DNA of 64,000 nucleotides. It comes from an uncultured Pelagibacterium sp. Its GTDB lineage: Bacteria > Pseudomonadota > Alphaproteobacteria > Rhizobiales > Devosiaceae. The notes below the pieces were generated by a model. That model had not been told where the DNA came from. It searched no databases and worked only from the letters and a program-made list of their open reading frames with translations. Positions 1 through 9,769 of this stretch are shown piece after piece. Both the position numbers and the translations under genes were made by a program. The first letter of the stretch is position 1. The number at the start of each line of letters is the position of its first letter. The stretch spans positions 12,249 to 76,248 of the forward strand of contig CAYSBF010000002.1 in assembly GCA_964429025.1 (NCBI GenBank), written 5' to 3'.

Positions 1-1
1 G

Positions 2-124
2 GCCTATAAGGCGCTGGTCAAGCTCCACCACCCCGACGCCAATGGCGGTGACCGCAGCTCGGAAGACCGCCTCCGCGCCATCATTACCGCCTATAACCAC
101 CTCAAGAGCCGGGGGCTGGTTTAG
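2..124 (+). CDS. J-domain (DnaJ family) protein, 3' end only
   Basis: Manual translation from nt 2: AYKALVKLHHPDANGGDRSSEDRLRAIITAYNHLKSRGLV*. HPD motif; position upstream of cobS. Confidence 0.85.
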   Translation, partial: AYKALVKLHHPDANGGDRSSEDRLRAIITAYNHLKSRGLV

Positions 125-163
125 TCGACTCAGCGGCATCAATGCTTTTGGTCGGCACAGCAG

Positions 164-201
164 CCCACCCCCAGCCCCTCTCCCACGAGGGGAGAGGGGG
201 G
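164..201. repeat. REP-like palindrome, copy 1
   Basis: cccacccccag followed by perfect 10-bp stem cccctctccc (175-184) / gggagagggg (190-199) with 5-nt loop. Confidence 0.75.
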
Positions 202-401
202 CGCCGAAGGCGCAAAACCATGCTCATCCAGCACCACCCGGCACCAATTAACCCCGCCATCCCCTTGCGGCATCCGCCCATATGGGCATATGGCAATATC
301 GCTGTTATAAGCGCACCCGCATTTTCCCGAGAGCATGGCGAAACACCGAGCGCCTGCAACGCATTCCCGTGGCATGAGCGAGCGCCACAACGAGGCAAAT
401 C

Positions 402-1382
402 ATGACTGAATATTCGAACCTGCCCGACACCGAGTACAAGGTCCGCGATCTCTTCGGCATCGACAGCGACATGGTGGTCAAGGGATATGGCGCGCGCACC
501 GATCACGTGCCCGAGATCGACCCCGACTATCTTTTCGACCGCAACACAACGCTCGCCATTCTCGCCGGCTTTGCCTTCAACCGCCGCGTCATGGTGCAGG
601 GCTATCACGGCACGGGCAAGTCGACCCATATCGAGCAGGTGGCCGCGCGCCTCAACTGGCCGCTGGTTCGCGTCAATCTCGACAGCCATGTCAGCCGGAT
701 CGATCTCGTGGGCAAGGATGCCATCGTGCTCAAGGAAGGCAAGCAGGTGACCGAGTTCCGCGACGGCATCCTGCCCTGGGCCGTCCAGAACAACGTCGCG
801 CTCGTCTTTGACGAATATGATGCGGGCCGCCCGGACGTGATGTTCGTGATCCAGCGTGTGCTCGAGGTTTCCGGGCGCCTGACGCTGCTCGACCAGAACC
901 GCGTCATCCGCCCGCACCCGGCCTTCCGCCTGTTTGCAACGACCAACACGATCGGTCTGGGCGATACCTCGGGCCTCTATCACGGCACCCAGCAGATCAA
1001 CCAGGGCCAGATGGACCGCTGGTCGATCGTGGTTACCCTCAACTACCTGCCGCACGAAAAGGAAGTCGGCATTGTCCTGGCCAAGAACAAGACCTATGCC
1101 GCGACCGAGGAAGGCCGCAAGCTCGTCTCCAACATGGTGCGCGTTGCCGATCTGACGCGTTCGGCCTTCATCAATGGCGACCTTTCGACCGTCATGAGCC
1201 CGCGCGCTGTCATCACCTGGGCGGAGAACGCACAGATCTTCGGCGATATCGGCTTTGCCTTCCGCCTGACCTTCTTGAACAAATGCGACGAGCTCGAACG
1301 CCCGGTGGTGGCCGAGTTCTATCAGCGCGTCTTTGGCGAAGACCTGCCCGAATCGGCGGCCAATCTGGCGATCTCGGCTTAG
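402..1382 (+). CDS. cobS: Cobaltochelatase subunit CobS (MoxR-type AAA+ ATPase)
   Basis: Walker A GYHGTGKS, Walker B LVFDEYD, QGQMDRW; adjacent to cobT. Confidence 0.95.
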   Translation: MTEYSNLPDTEYKVRDLFGIDSDMVVKGYGARTDHVPEIDPDYLFDRNTTLAILAGFAFNRRVMVQGYHGTGKSTHIEQVAARLNWPLVRVNLDSHVSRIDLVGKDAIVLKEGKQVTEFRDGILPWAVQNNVALVFDEYDAGRPDVMFVIQRVLEVSGRLTLLDQNRVIRPHPAFRLFATTNTIGLGDTSGLYHGTQQINQGQMDRWSIVVTLNYLPHEKEVGIVLAKNKTYAATEEGRKLVSNMVRVADLTRSAFINGDLSTVMSPRAVITWAENAQIFGDIGFAFRLTFLNKCDELERPVVAEFYQRVFGEDLPESAANLAISA

Positions 1383-1417
1383 GGCAGCAAGGCCTCCCAT
1401 CCACTAGAGCGGCACCA

Positions 1418-3301
1418 ATGGCCCAGCCACCGCGCAGCAGCAAAGCCAACAAGCCCGATCCCACCATGGCGTTCAAAACCGCCGTGGGGGCGCTGGTGCG
1501 CACTGTCGCGGGCAAGCCCGATCTCGAGGTCTCCTTTACTGCCGACCGACCGATCCTCACCACCGACAAGGCGCGTCTTGCCGCGCTGCCGCGCCTGCCG
1601 ACCTCGCGCGACATCGCCATCGCTCGGGGGCAGGGCGATGCCATGGCCATGCGCATGGCGAGCCACGACCCGGACGTTCACCGGCGCCTGACGCCAAAGG
1701 ACCCCGATGCCCGCGCCGCTTTCGATGCGCTCGAGCAGGCGCGCGTCGAGGCGCTGGGCTGCGCCCGCATGGCAGGGATGAGCGGCAATATTGGGCAGAT
1801 GCTCGAGGACAGGCTGTTCCGCGCCAATTACGCCAATGTCACCGATATCGAGGATGCCCCGCTCGCCGAGGCGCTCGGGCTGATCCTGCGCGAAAAGGCT
1901 GCCGGCATCCCCATCCCGCCCTCCGGCACCCCGGTCGTCAATCTCTGGCGCGACAGGATCGAGGCACGCACGGGCACTTCGATCGAGGCGCTGGCGGGTC
2001 TGCTTGACGATCAGGCCGCGTTCTCGAAAGCCGCGCGCGCCATATTGCGCGATCTCGACCTCATTGCCGATGCCGAGATGGACCCCAGCGAGACCGAGCA
2101 GTCCGACAACGCCAACGACGCCCAGAACAACCAGGCGATGAATGGCGATGAGGACGAGCAGCAGGGCGAGTCCGACGGGGCCGAGGCCGAAGGCACCGAG
2201 GAAGCCCCGGGCGAGCACGAGGAAGCGGGCGATGTCGAGGGCATGGATGCCGACACCGCCGAAAGCGAGGAAGACGCAACCACCGAAACCGGCGAGGATT
2301 CCCCCGCACCGCCCCCGCGCGGGGAAGGTGAGCACCGGCTGTCCAACCAGCCTACCTATCGCATCTTCACCGACAAGTTCGATGAGGTGGTGAGCGCCGC
2401 CGAATTGTGCCCCACCGAAGAGCTCGACCAGCTCCGCATGCTGCTCGACAAGCAGCTCGAGAGCCTTGCGGGCGCGGTGGCGCGGCTTGCCAACAAGCTC
2501 CAGCGGCGTCTCATGGCCCAGCAGAACCGCGGCTGGGATTTCGACCTCGAAGAGGGCATTCTCGATACGGCGCGACTGACCCGCGTTGTGACCGACCCGC
2601 TTCAGGCGCTTTCCTTCAAGGAGGAACGCGACACCGAATTCCGCGACACGGTGGTGACACTTCTGATCGACAATTCGGGCTCGATGCGCGGACGCCCCAT
2701 CACCATTGCGGCGATCTGCGGCGATATCCTTGCGCGCACGCTCGAGCGCTGTGGCGTCAAGGTGGAGATTCTGGGCTTTACCACCCGCGCCTGGAAGGGC
2801 GGCAAATCGCGCGAAGCCTGGCTCGATGCGGGGCGTCCGCCCAATCCGGGCCGCGTCAATGACATCCGCCATATCATCTACAAGGGCGCGGATGAACCCT
2901 GGCGGCACGCCAAGCGCAATCTTGGCCTCATGATGCGCGAGGGGCTTTTAAAGGAAAATATCGACGGGGAAGCCCTGCAATGGGCGCACAAACGCCTGCT
3001 CGGCCGCCCCGAAAACCGCCGCATCCTGATGGTGATTTCCGACGGAGCGCCGGTCGATGATTCGACCCAAAGCGTCAACCCGGGCAATTACCTCGAAGCC
3101 CATCTGCGTGCCGTGATCGAGGAGATCGAGACGCGCTCACCGATCCAGCTCGTCGCCATCGGCATCGGGCACGACGTCACCCGCTATTACCGCCGCGCAG
3201 TGACGATTCTCGACGCCGACGAACTCGCCGGCGCCATGACCGACAACCTCGCGGCCCTCTTCGACGAAGAACCGCCCTCGGCAGTGCGGAAGCGGTGGTG
3301 A
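1418..3301 (+). CDS. cobT: Cobaltochelatase subunit CobT (acidic linker plus C-terminal vWA domain)
   Basis: MIDAS motif [28 protein letters not shown]; long D/E-rich linker. Start moved to ATG 1418. Confidence 0.93.
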   Translation: MAQPPRSSKANKPDPTMAFKTAVGALVRTVAGKPDLEVSFTADRPILTTDKARLAALPRLPTSRDIAIARGQGDAMAMRMASHDPDVHRRLTPKDPDARAAFDALEQARVEALGCARMAGMSGNIGQMLEDRLFRANYANVTDIEDAPLAEALGLILREKAAGIPIPPSGTPVVNLWRDRIEARTGTSIEALAGLLDDQAAFSKAARAILRDLDLIADAEMDPSETEQSDNANDAQNNQAMNGDEDEQQGESDGAEAEGTEEAPGEHEEAGDVEGMDADTAESEEDATTETGEDSPAPPPRGEGEHRLSNQPTYRIFTDKFDEVVSAAELCPTEELDQLRMLLDKQLESLAGAVARLANKLQRRLMAQQNRGWDFDLEEGILDTARLTRVVTDPLQALSFKEERDTEFRDTVVTLLIDNSGSMRGRPITIAAICGDILARTLERCGVKVEILGFTTRAWKGGKSREAWLDAGRPPNPGRVNDIRHIIYKGADEPWRHAKRNLGLMMREGLLKENIDGEALQWAHKRLLGRPENRRILMVISDGAPVDDSTQSVNPGNYLEAHLRAVIEEIETRSPIQLVAIGIGHDVTRYYRRAVTILDADELAGAMTDNLAALFDEEPPSAVRKRW

Positions 3302-3330
3302 TGGCCGAGAGCGCACCGGCTGGCACCGCA

Positions 3331-3426
3331 CCCCCCCACCACCGACCCTTCATCGGCTCCAATCGCTCCACTGGAGCGATTGGTGGCTACGCCACCGCCT
3401 CGAAGTCCCTCAAGGGGAGAGGGGGG
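3331..3426. repeat. REP-like palindrome, copy 2, interrupted by a nested two-hairpin insert
   Basis: ccccccaccaccgacccttc[insert 3352-3405]tccctcaaggggagagggggg. Insert contains aatcgctcca-c-tggagcgatt and ggtggc-tac-gccacc. Confidence 0.7.
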
Positions 3427-3451
3427 CTCAAGAGCCGAAAAGCCCCGGTTA

Positions 3452-3510
3452 CCCTTCTCCCCTCATGGGAAAAGGCGGATCGGGCCAGAGGCCCGAGACC
3501 GATGAGGGGG
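3452..3510. repeat. REP-like palindrome, copy 3 (opposite orientation to copies 1 and 2)
   Basis: cccttctcccc-tcat-gggaaaagg, small hairpin cgggcc-aga-ggcccg, terminal gatgaggggg. Confidence 0.65.
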
Positions 3511-4473
3511 CTGCGAAGCATCCTCATGCTCGCAAGCCTGCTTGTCGTTTCGCCCACCCCCGCTGCCGAACATCTCACCGTCACTTCGGCACCCATCACA
3601 TCGTTCAAGGGCGCCGCACCCGGCGAGCCGGTTGACAGCCTCATCTTTCGTGGGGGATTCACGCTTTCGAGCAGCCATCCCGATTTCGGCGGCTTGTCCG
3701 GCCTTTCCTTTCTCGACGCCTCCCGCTTCGTGGCCGTTACTGACACCGGCAATTTTGTCTCCGGTCGGCTGAGCGCCGATGGTGTTCACGATGTCGGGAT
3801 TGAAATCATCCGCAACTCGGCTGGCGACCCGCTGCCTACGAAATTTTCAAGGGATGCCGAAGCCGTCGAAGTCATTTTCCGGGACGGAGCGCCCGTAGCG
3901 GTGCGCGTGGGGTTCGAGCACCTTGCCCGCCTTGCCGACTTCGACCTCGTTGACGGCCGCCCCACCGGCCCTGCCCGGCCTGTCGCCATCCCCGATTGGG
4001 TGACCGCCCTGCGCGACAATGATTCGATCGAATCCGTCTGCATTGCCTCCCCGGGATCGCCCATTGCAGGTTCAACCCTCATCATCGCAGAGGGTCATTC
4101 GCGGCAGCCTGGCACCTGGGCGGCGACCCTGCTCGGGGTGCGCGACCGGGGCGATCTCCATCTCGTCCAGTCCCCAGGCGTCAACCCGACCGATTGCGCC
4201 TTTCTCCCTGATGGCGATCTGCTAGTCCTCGAGCGAGGCCTCGGCTTTCTCAACTTTACCATGCAGATCCGCTGGATCCCTGCTGGCGAAGTCCGCCCCG
4301 GCGCGGCCATGGATGGCGAGGTGATCCTGCGCGCCTCGGGCGGCGAGGTCGACAATTTCGAGGGTCTGGGCGTGCGCACCATGCCCGATGGAGAAATCCG
4401 CCTCACCATCATTTCGGACGATAATTTCCGCGGCTTTCAGCGTACGCTGCTGCTCGATTTCGCCCTGCCTTGA
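3502..4473 (+). CDS. Exported esterase-like-activity-of-phytase family (beta-propeller) protein
   Basis: Signal-like N-terminus MRGLRSILMLASLLVVSPTPAA; FGGLSGL, DNFEGL and IISDDNF motifs. ATG 3526 is an alternative start. Confidence 0.75.
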   Translation: MRGLRSILMLASLLVVSPTPAAEHLTVTSAPITSFKGAAPGEPVDSLIFRGGFTLSSSHPDFGGLSGLSFLDASRFVAVTDTGNFVSGRLSADGVHDVGIEIIRNSAGDPLPTKFSRDAEAVEVIFRDGAPVAVRVGFEHLARLADFDLVDGRPTGPARPVAIPDWVTALRDNDSIESVCIASPGSPIAGSTLIIAEGHSRQPGTWAATLLGVRDRGDLHLVQSPGVNPTDCAFLPDGDLLVLERGLGFLNFTMQIRWIPAGEVRPGAAMDGEVILRASGGEVDNFEGLGVRTMPDGEIRLTIISDDNFRGFQRTLLLDFALP

Positions 4474-4492
4474 TTCGCTCTGGAGTTCTCCC

Positions 4493-5536
4493 ATGAATAT
4501 CGATCTCCTCCGCACCCTCTGCGAAACCCCTGGCGCGCCGGGACGCGAGCACCGCGTTCGGGCGCTCATCGAAAGGGAAATCGAGGGCCTGTTCGATGAG
4601 ACAAGAACCGATCCCATGGGCTCGCTGCTTTGCGTCAGGAAATCGCGCACGGGCGCCGAGAACCCGCTCAAGATCATGCTCTTGTGTCATATGGACGAGA
4701 TCGCCTTTCTCGTGACCCATGTGTCCGAAAAGGGCCATATCCATATCGATCCGGTCGGCGGGTTCGACCCGCGCAATCTCTTTTCGCGCCGTGTCCTCGT
4801 CTGCACGCGGGATGGCGACTATAAGGGCGTGATGAACCCCGGCGGCCGACCGATCCATATTTCAGGACCCGATGAGCGCAAGAAGGTTCCCGAACCCAAG
4901 GAGTTCTTCGTCGATATCGGCTTTGGCAAGGAAGCGCGCGACAAGGTCAAGGTCGGCGATTTCGTCGTCATGGACGAGCCCCTGATCGAGATGGGCAACA
5001 AGATCGTCTCCAAGGCGCTCGACAACCGCATTGCCTGCTGGCTGGGCATCGAGGCCATTCGCGCGCTCGACAGATCCGGCGCCAGCCATGATTGCGAAAT
5101 CCATCTCGCCTTCACCGCCCAGGAAGAGGTGGGCCTGCGGGGGGCCCGCACCGCCGCCTATGCGATCAGGCCGGACATCGGGCTCGGCATCGACACGACG
5201 CTGGCCTGCGACACGCCCGGCGTGCCGGACAATGAAACGGTCACCGTCCAGGGCAAGGGCTTCGGGCTGCACGTCAAGGATTCCTCCTTTATCGCCGATC
5301 TCGACCTGGTCGAGGAAATCGAGGCGCTGGCGGCAAACAAAGACATCCCCTGCCAGCGCACCATCCTCGCCTCGGGCGGGCAGGACGGCGCCGCAGCGCA
5401 ACAGGCGGCCGCCGGAGCGCGCGCCGTGGGCATTGTCGTGGGCACGCGCTATATCCACACCGTCACCGAAATGGTCGACAAGACCGACCTTCAGGCCGCG
5501 CTCGACATTCTTGTGGCGTATCTGGGTGAGAAGTAG
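4493..5536 (+). CDS. M42 family metallo-aminopeptidase (TET/FrvX-like)
   Basis: Metal-ligand motifs HMDEI, KALDNR, QEEVG, GIDTT, RYIHT all present. Confidence 0.9.
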   Translation: MNIDLLRTLCETPGAPGREHRVRALIEREIEGLFDETRTDPMGSLLCVRKSRTGAENPLKIMLLCHMDEIAFLVTHVSEKGHIHIDPVGGFDPRNLFSRRVLVCTRDGDYKGVMNPGGRPIHISGPDERKKVPEPKEFFVDIGFGKEARDKVKVGDFVVMDEPLIEMGNKIVSKALDNRIACWLGIEAIRALDRSGASHDCEIHLAFTAQEEVGLRGARTAAYAIRPDIGLGIDTTLACDTPGVPDNETVTVQGKGFGLHVKDSSFIADLDLVEEIEALAANKDIPCQRTILASGGQDGAAAQQAAAGARAVGIVVGTRYIHTVTEMVDKTDLQAALDILVAYLGEK

Positions 5537-5583
5537 GCGGTCGGGGCCAATCGAGACCCGGCGATCGCGGAAGTACCGCGCAC

Positions 5584-5607
5584 GCCTCTCCCCTTGAGGG
5601 TGAGGGG
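5584..5607. repeat. REP-like palindrome, truncated copy
   Basis: gcctctccccttgagggtgagggg joins the cctctcccc arm directly to the terminal ggtgagggg motif seen in the other copies. Confidence 0.45.
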
Positions 5608-5651
5608 TGTGCGGTGTTCACCAGGAGCACCAGCTGTCGCGACGGGACGCC

Positions 5652-6053
5652 TTAAACCGACCGCGCCAGCGGCACGATTTCGGCCGGACGTCCGGCCAGG
5701 GCGTCGGCGACTTTTTCAGTCAATTGGGCGAGCGAAAAGGGCTTGCTCAAGACGTCATAGACCAGCGCGTCCAGCCCATGCGCGCGTTCGCGCTGATCGG
5801 CAAAGCCGGTCATCAGGACGATGGTTATGTCGGGATAGGCGGAACTGACCGAGAGCGCCAGTCCGATCCCGTCCATCACCGGCATCTTGATATCGGACAA
5901 AAGCAGATCGAAGGTGCCGTCATGTTCGGCGACCGCTTCGAGGGCAAGACCGCCATCTTCGGCAAAACTCACCTCATGGCCCGACATCTCGAGCGCGCGC
6001 ACGACGAAAGCGCGGACATTGTCATCGTCTTCGGCAACCAGGATCCTTGCCAT
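5652..6053 (-). CDS. cpdR: Single-domain response regulator, CpdR-like
   Basis: MARILVAEDD, phospho-Asp in LLSDIKMPVMDG, SKPF; lies next to zinc-ribbon gene and ftsE. Confidence 0.7.
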   Translation of the reverse strand: MARILVAEDDDNVRAFVVRALEMSGHEVSFAEDGGLALEAVAEHDGTFDLLLSDIKMPVMDGIGLALSVSSAYPDITIVLMTGFADQRERAHGLDALVYDVLSKPFSLAQLTEKVADALAGRPAEIVPLARSV

Positions 6054-6092
6054 TCTTTTCCGTCCCTGTTCTCTTTGTTCGGCCCGACCGGC

Positions 6093-6941
6093 TCAGCCCG
6101 AGCCTTCAACGAAACTCAGCCGCACCGTTTGCACCCCGTCCGGCGGCGAGGTCAGTTGCGTGTCGATCGCCAAGACGTCCCCGGGCAGAACATTGCGCAC
6201 CGATGGGGTGACGCTCCACTCGTAAATGACCCGGCCGTCGGCCCCCAGAAGGCTCACCAGCACATTGGGAACATAGGCTAGGCGATTCGTGATATTGGAA
6301 ATCTTAGTGTTGACCACGATGACGGGATTTCCATCACGCGTGGTTCGCAAAGTCTTAAGCTCGGTGAAATCGAGCCCGATGACATTGGTGCCAAGGCCGA
6401 AGAACCGGTAGAGCGCGTTCATTTCGGGGTATTGGCGGACGATGTCGGTCCGGTACCAGATCCCGCTCGCGGCCACGGCCAGCACGAGAAGCGCAAGCAC
6501 AGCCCTCGCGCCCATGCGGTATCGCGCCATGGGCAGCTTGCGGATGACTTCGTTACGCCGCTTGGCGAACTCGTCCATCCGTTCGCGCACGAGCCTGCCG
6601 TCGATCCCGCGGTCGCGCGGCCTGGGGCTGGGCGGCCCTTTGGGCGGCCTTGGTCGCTGCGCCGGCCCGACCGGCCCGTCAATGGATGCGTCGGTCGATG
6701 CAAAGGCTGCATCAAGCATGACCTCGTCGGCTTCGCTGAAGAGCGTATCTCGATCGGCCCGGAAATCGAGCTCGTCATCGTCGGGGTCCGGATCATCGAA
6801 ACTTTCGGCAGGCGGCGGAAAGCCCGGCATTGCCACCCACTGGGTCGCGCAGGTAGCGCACAGCACCTGCCGGCCCGCAGCGCTCAGCGCGTCCGTGGCG
6901 ACGCGATAGCTCGTGTGGCAGTTGGGGCAGGTGATGATCAC
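6093..6941 (-). CDS. Zinc-ribbon (MJ0042-type)/DUF3426 bitopic membrane protein, ZitP-like
   Basis: N-terminal CPNC...CATC...W zinc finger, acidic/Pro linker, single TM, C-terminal periplasmic domain; divergent from ftsE. Confidence 0.8.
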   Translation of the reverse strand: MIITCPNCHTSYRVATDALSAAGRQVLCATCATQWVAMPGFPPPAESFDDPDPDDDELDFRADRDTLFSEADEVMLDAAFASTDASIDGPVGPAQRPRPPKGPPSPRPRDRGIDGRLVRERMDEFAKRRNEVIRKLPMARYRMGARAVLALLVLAVAASGIWYRTDIVRQYPEMNALYRFFGLGTNVIGLDFTELKTLRTTRDGNPVIVVNTKISNITNRLAYVPNVLVSLLGADGRVIYEWSVTPSVRNVLPGDVLAIDTQLTSPPDGVQTVRLSFVEGSG

Positions 6942-7094
6942 TGGGCGTTGGACCCCGCGGACAATGGCTTTGATGATTGCCGCACCCTATTGCGCTTTGG
7001 GTTAAAACTCTAAAAACACGGCCCCAATACCGCCATTCCGGCCCGAGACTGGTACTATCCCGCCGATCAGGTGATTCGGGACAAAGAGGCATGA

Positions 7095-7754
7095 GTGATC
7101 GCGTTTGAAAATGTCGGGCTGCGCTATGGGCACGGACCCGAAATTTTAAAGGACCTGACCTTCACCATCGATCCGGGCTCCTTCCACTTCCTGACCGGCC
7201 CGTCGGGTTCGGGCAAGACCTCGCTGCTGCGGCTGCTGCTGCTCTCGCTCAAACCCTCGCGCGGCAAGGTCTCGATGTTCGGCGAGGACGTCACCCGGCT
7301 CGACCGCGACAGGCTCTTGCAGATGCGCCGCCATATCGGCATCGTCTTCCAGGAATTCCGCCTGCTCGACCATCTAACGACCTTCGAGAACGTCGCGCTC
7401 CCCTTGCGCGTGCGGGGCCAGTCCGAGGCGAGCTATCGGGCCAATGTCGAGGAGCTGCTCGACTGGGTGGGGCTTGGCGACCGGATGGACGCCTATCCGC
7501 CCCTGCTCTCGGGCGGGGAAAAGCAGCGCGCCGCCATCGCCCGCGCCGTCATTGCCAAGCCGGACATCCTTTTGGCGGACGAGCCCACGGGAAATGTCGA
7601 TCCAGGGCTCTCCGAAAGGCTGCTGCATCTTTTCGAAGAGCTCAACCGCATGGGAACGACCATCATCCTGGCGACGCACGAACTGGCCCTGCTCGACAAG
7701 TTCGACTATCCGCGCATGCTTTTGAACGACGGGGAACTGATCATCCATGAGTGA
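7095..7754 (+). CDS. ftsE: Cell division ATP-binding protein FtsE
   Basis: GPSGSGKT, LSGGEKQR, LADEPTGNVD; followed by ftsX. Confidence 0.93.
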   Translation: MIAFENVGLRYGHGPEILKDLTFTIDPGSFHFLTGPSGSGKTSLLRLLLLSLKPSRGKVSMFGEDVTRLDRDRLLQMRRHIGIVFQEFRLLDHLTTFENVALPLRVRGQSEASYRANVEELLDWVGLGDRMDAYPPLLSGGEKQRAAIARAVIAKPDILLADEPTGNVDPGLSERLLHLFEELNRMGTTIILATHELALLDKFDYPRMLLNDGELIIHE

Positions 7755-8667
7755 GGGTCTAAGGCTCGGCTTTTCCCGCCCCGGTCCCATCGTGCCCGCC
7801 CAATCTGTCGCCGGGCGCACGCTGATGCTGCTCATTGGCATCATGACCTTTCTGTCCTGCGTGACCTTCGGCGGCGTGCTGCTGGTTCAGAAGTCCGCCG
7901 TGGGCTGGTCCGCCGACGTGGGGCGGGAGGTGACGATCCAGATCCGGCCCGTCGATGGAGAAGTGCTCGACAGCAATATAAGGCTCGCCATTTCACTGGC
8001 CGACGCCATTCCCGGCGTTGCCGATGCGCGCGCGCTGACGCTCGAGGAGAGCCAGGCCCTGCTCGAGCCCTGGCTCGGCGCCGGACTCGATCTTTCCGAT
8101 CTCTCGATCCCGCGCCTCGTGATCGTGCGCCTGTCCGATCCCAACACCGCCGACATCGCCCGGCTTGAAAGCGAGATCGCCGGGATCGCGGGTGCGAGCC
8201 TTGAGACCCATGCTGCCTGGCGCGTGCAGCTCAACACCATGGCCGGCACCATCATCGTTTCGGGCATCCTGGTGCTGGCGCTGATCCTTGTCGCCACCGC
8301 GCTGGCCATCGTTTTTGCGACCCGTGGCACCATGTCCACCAATCGCGAGATCGTTGATGTGCTTCACTTCATCGGCGCCTCGAACCGGTTCATCGCCGGC
8401 GAGTTCCAGGGGCGGTTCCTGATGATCGGGCTCAAGGGCGGCGCGGTGGGCGGGCTGGCGGCGATCGGCTTTTTCATCGCCATCGGAACGGTCATGAGCG
8501 CGGTTATGCCCGAGCCGTCTTCGGCCCAGCTCGGCTTCTTTTTCGGCCAGTTCGCGCTCGGGTTCAACGGGCTTCTGGGCATAGCCGGGGTCGTGCTGGT
8601 CATCGCTGCGCTGACCGCCATCACCTCGCGCCTGACCGTGAGGCGCTTCCTCTCCCAGATCTCCTGA
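7747..8667 (+). CDS. ftsX: Cell division permease FtsX
   Basis: Four TM segments with large periplasmic loop; EIVDVLHFIGASNRFI motif; overlaps ftsE. Confidence 0.9.
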   Translation: MSEGLRLGFSRPGPIVPAQSVAGRTLMLLIGIMTFLSCVTFGGVLLVQKSAVGWSADVGREVTIQIRPVDGEVLDSNIRLAISLADAIPGVADARALTLEESQALLEPWLGAGLDLSDLSIPRLVIVRLSDPNTADIARLESEIAGIAGASLETHAAWRVQLNTMAGTIIVSGILVLALILVATALAIVFATRGTMSTNREIVDVLHFIGASNRFIAGEFQGRFLMIGLKGGAVGGLAAIGFFIAIGTVMSAVMPEPSSAQLGFFFGQFALGFNGLLGIAGVVLVIAALTAITSRLTVRRFLSQIS

Positions 8668-8738
8668 TCATTCTCCCGCTTGCTCTCGGCCGGCCGCGGG
8701 GATAATCACGGGGCCGCGTTTATCGGAGGACCGGCGGG

Positions 8739-9548
8739 ATGATCGTCCAGACCATTCGCTCGATCGTTTTCTATCTGCTCTTTTTTGCCCAGACCGCGGT
8801 CCTTGCGACCATTATGGGCCTCATGAGCAAGCTCATGCCCGGCGCCTATAATGCCGGCTGGGCCATCGCGCGATACTGGAACGCCTCCAATGTCTTCATG
8901 CTGCGCTGGATCGTGGGCATCCGCACCGAGGTGACGGGCGCCGAAAACATTCCCCAAGGCGGCTGCATCATCGGGGCCAAGCACCAGTCGGACTGGGACA
9001 TATTCGCGCTTCTGCCCTATGTCGGCAAACCCGCCTTCATCGCCAAGAAGGAATTGCTCGACATTCCGCTCTTTGGCTGGGCGGCGCGCTGGATGAACAC
9101 CATCTCGGTCGACCGCAAGAAGGGGAAGGACGCGCTGCCGGCCATGATGGAGGAGGCGCGCGATGCGCTCGACCGCGGCTGCCGCGTCATCATCTTTCCC
9201 GAAGGGACGCGCCGCGCCCCCCTCGATGATCCGGCCTATCGCTCCGGCATCGCCAGAATTTACGCAGCGCTCGAAGTGCCGGTGGTTCCCGTCGCGCTGA
9301 CCTCCGGGCTCTATTGGGGCCGCAACAGCCCGGTGCTCTGGCCGGGCACTGCCCGCGCCAGATTTCTTCGCCCCATCGAACCGGGACTGGCACAGGATCA
9401 GTTCCTTGCGCGGCTCGAAGAGACGATAGAAGCCGAAACCCGCCATATGATCCTTGAGGACTACCGCGCCGGTCTCGCCAGGCCGATCCCGCCACAACTG
9501 CGCGAAAAGCTCATTGCGCTCGAGGCAGAACTCGGAAACACGCCATGA
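8739..9548 (+). CDS. plsC: 1-acyl-sn-glycerol-3-phosphate acyltransferase
   Basis: KHQSDWD (HxxxxD), FIAKKEL, IFPEGTR motifs. Confidence 0.88.
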   Translation: MIVQTIRSIVFYLLFFAQTAVLATIMGLMSKLMPGAYNAGWAIARYWNASNVFMLRWIVGIRTEVTGAENIPQGGCIIGAKHQSDWDIFALLPYVGKPAFIAKKELLDIPLFGWAARWMNTISVDRKKGKDALPAMMEEARDALDRGCRVIIFPEGTRRAPLDDPAYRSGIARIYAALEVPVVPVALTSGLYWGRNSPVLWPGTARARFLRPIEPGLAQDQFLARLEETIEAETRHMILEDYRAGLARPIPPQLREKLIALEAELGNTP

Positions 9549-9641
9549 CGCTGTCGTCGCACAGATTGTGCTAGCGACACATCCGAGACACAATATGTTG
9601 ACAGACTCGCCGCTATAGGTCCTAATCAGGCAGGCACAGGC

Positions 9642-9670
9642 TTGACGGCGTATAAAATTTGTTCTAACTT
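9642..9670 (+). promoter_or_regulatory. Sigma70-type promoter TTGACG-N17-TAACTT
   Basis: -35 at 9642-9647, 17-nt spacer, -10 at 9665-9670, about 100 bp upstream of ORF 9770. Confidence 0.65.
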
Positions 9671-9675
9671 TGTTC
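9661..9675 (+). promoter_or_regulatory. Alphaproteobacterial LexA (SOS) box
   Basis: Exact GTTC-taacttt-GTTC straddling the -10 element. Confidence 0.8.
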
Positions 9676-9769
9676 TTTCCTGTCGCGCTACCCTGCGCAA
9701 GGCGTGCGGCCTCAGGATGGAGCGATTTGCCGGGGCATGGGCCCGGAACTGGTCCCTGGAGGGGTGGCC

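Noticed and set aside
125-401. Possible cobalamin riboswitch upstream of cobS
   Set aside because: No B12-box or GCCACTG core seen; the structure present is the REP hairpin.
2100-2330. Repetitive acidic stretch in cobT and Ala/Glu-rich tail in the helicase
   Set aside because: Low-complexity linkers expected in these families; not tandem DNA repeats.
102-2908. Long minus-strand ORFs 102-1400 and 1379-2908
   Set aside because: Antisense shadows of cobS and cobT, typical of GC-rich DNA; no recognisable motifs.
6068-6080. GTTC-tcttt-GTTC upstream of cpdR
   Set aside because: Spacer is 5 nt rather than 7; not a LexA box.
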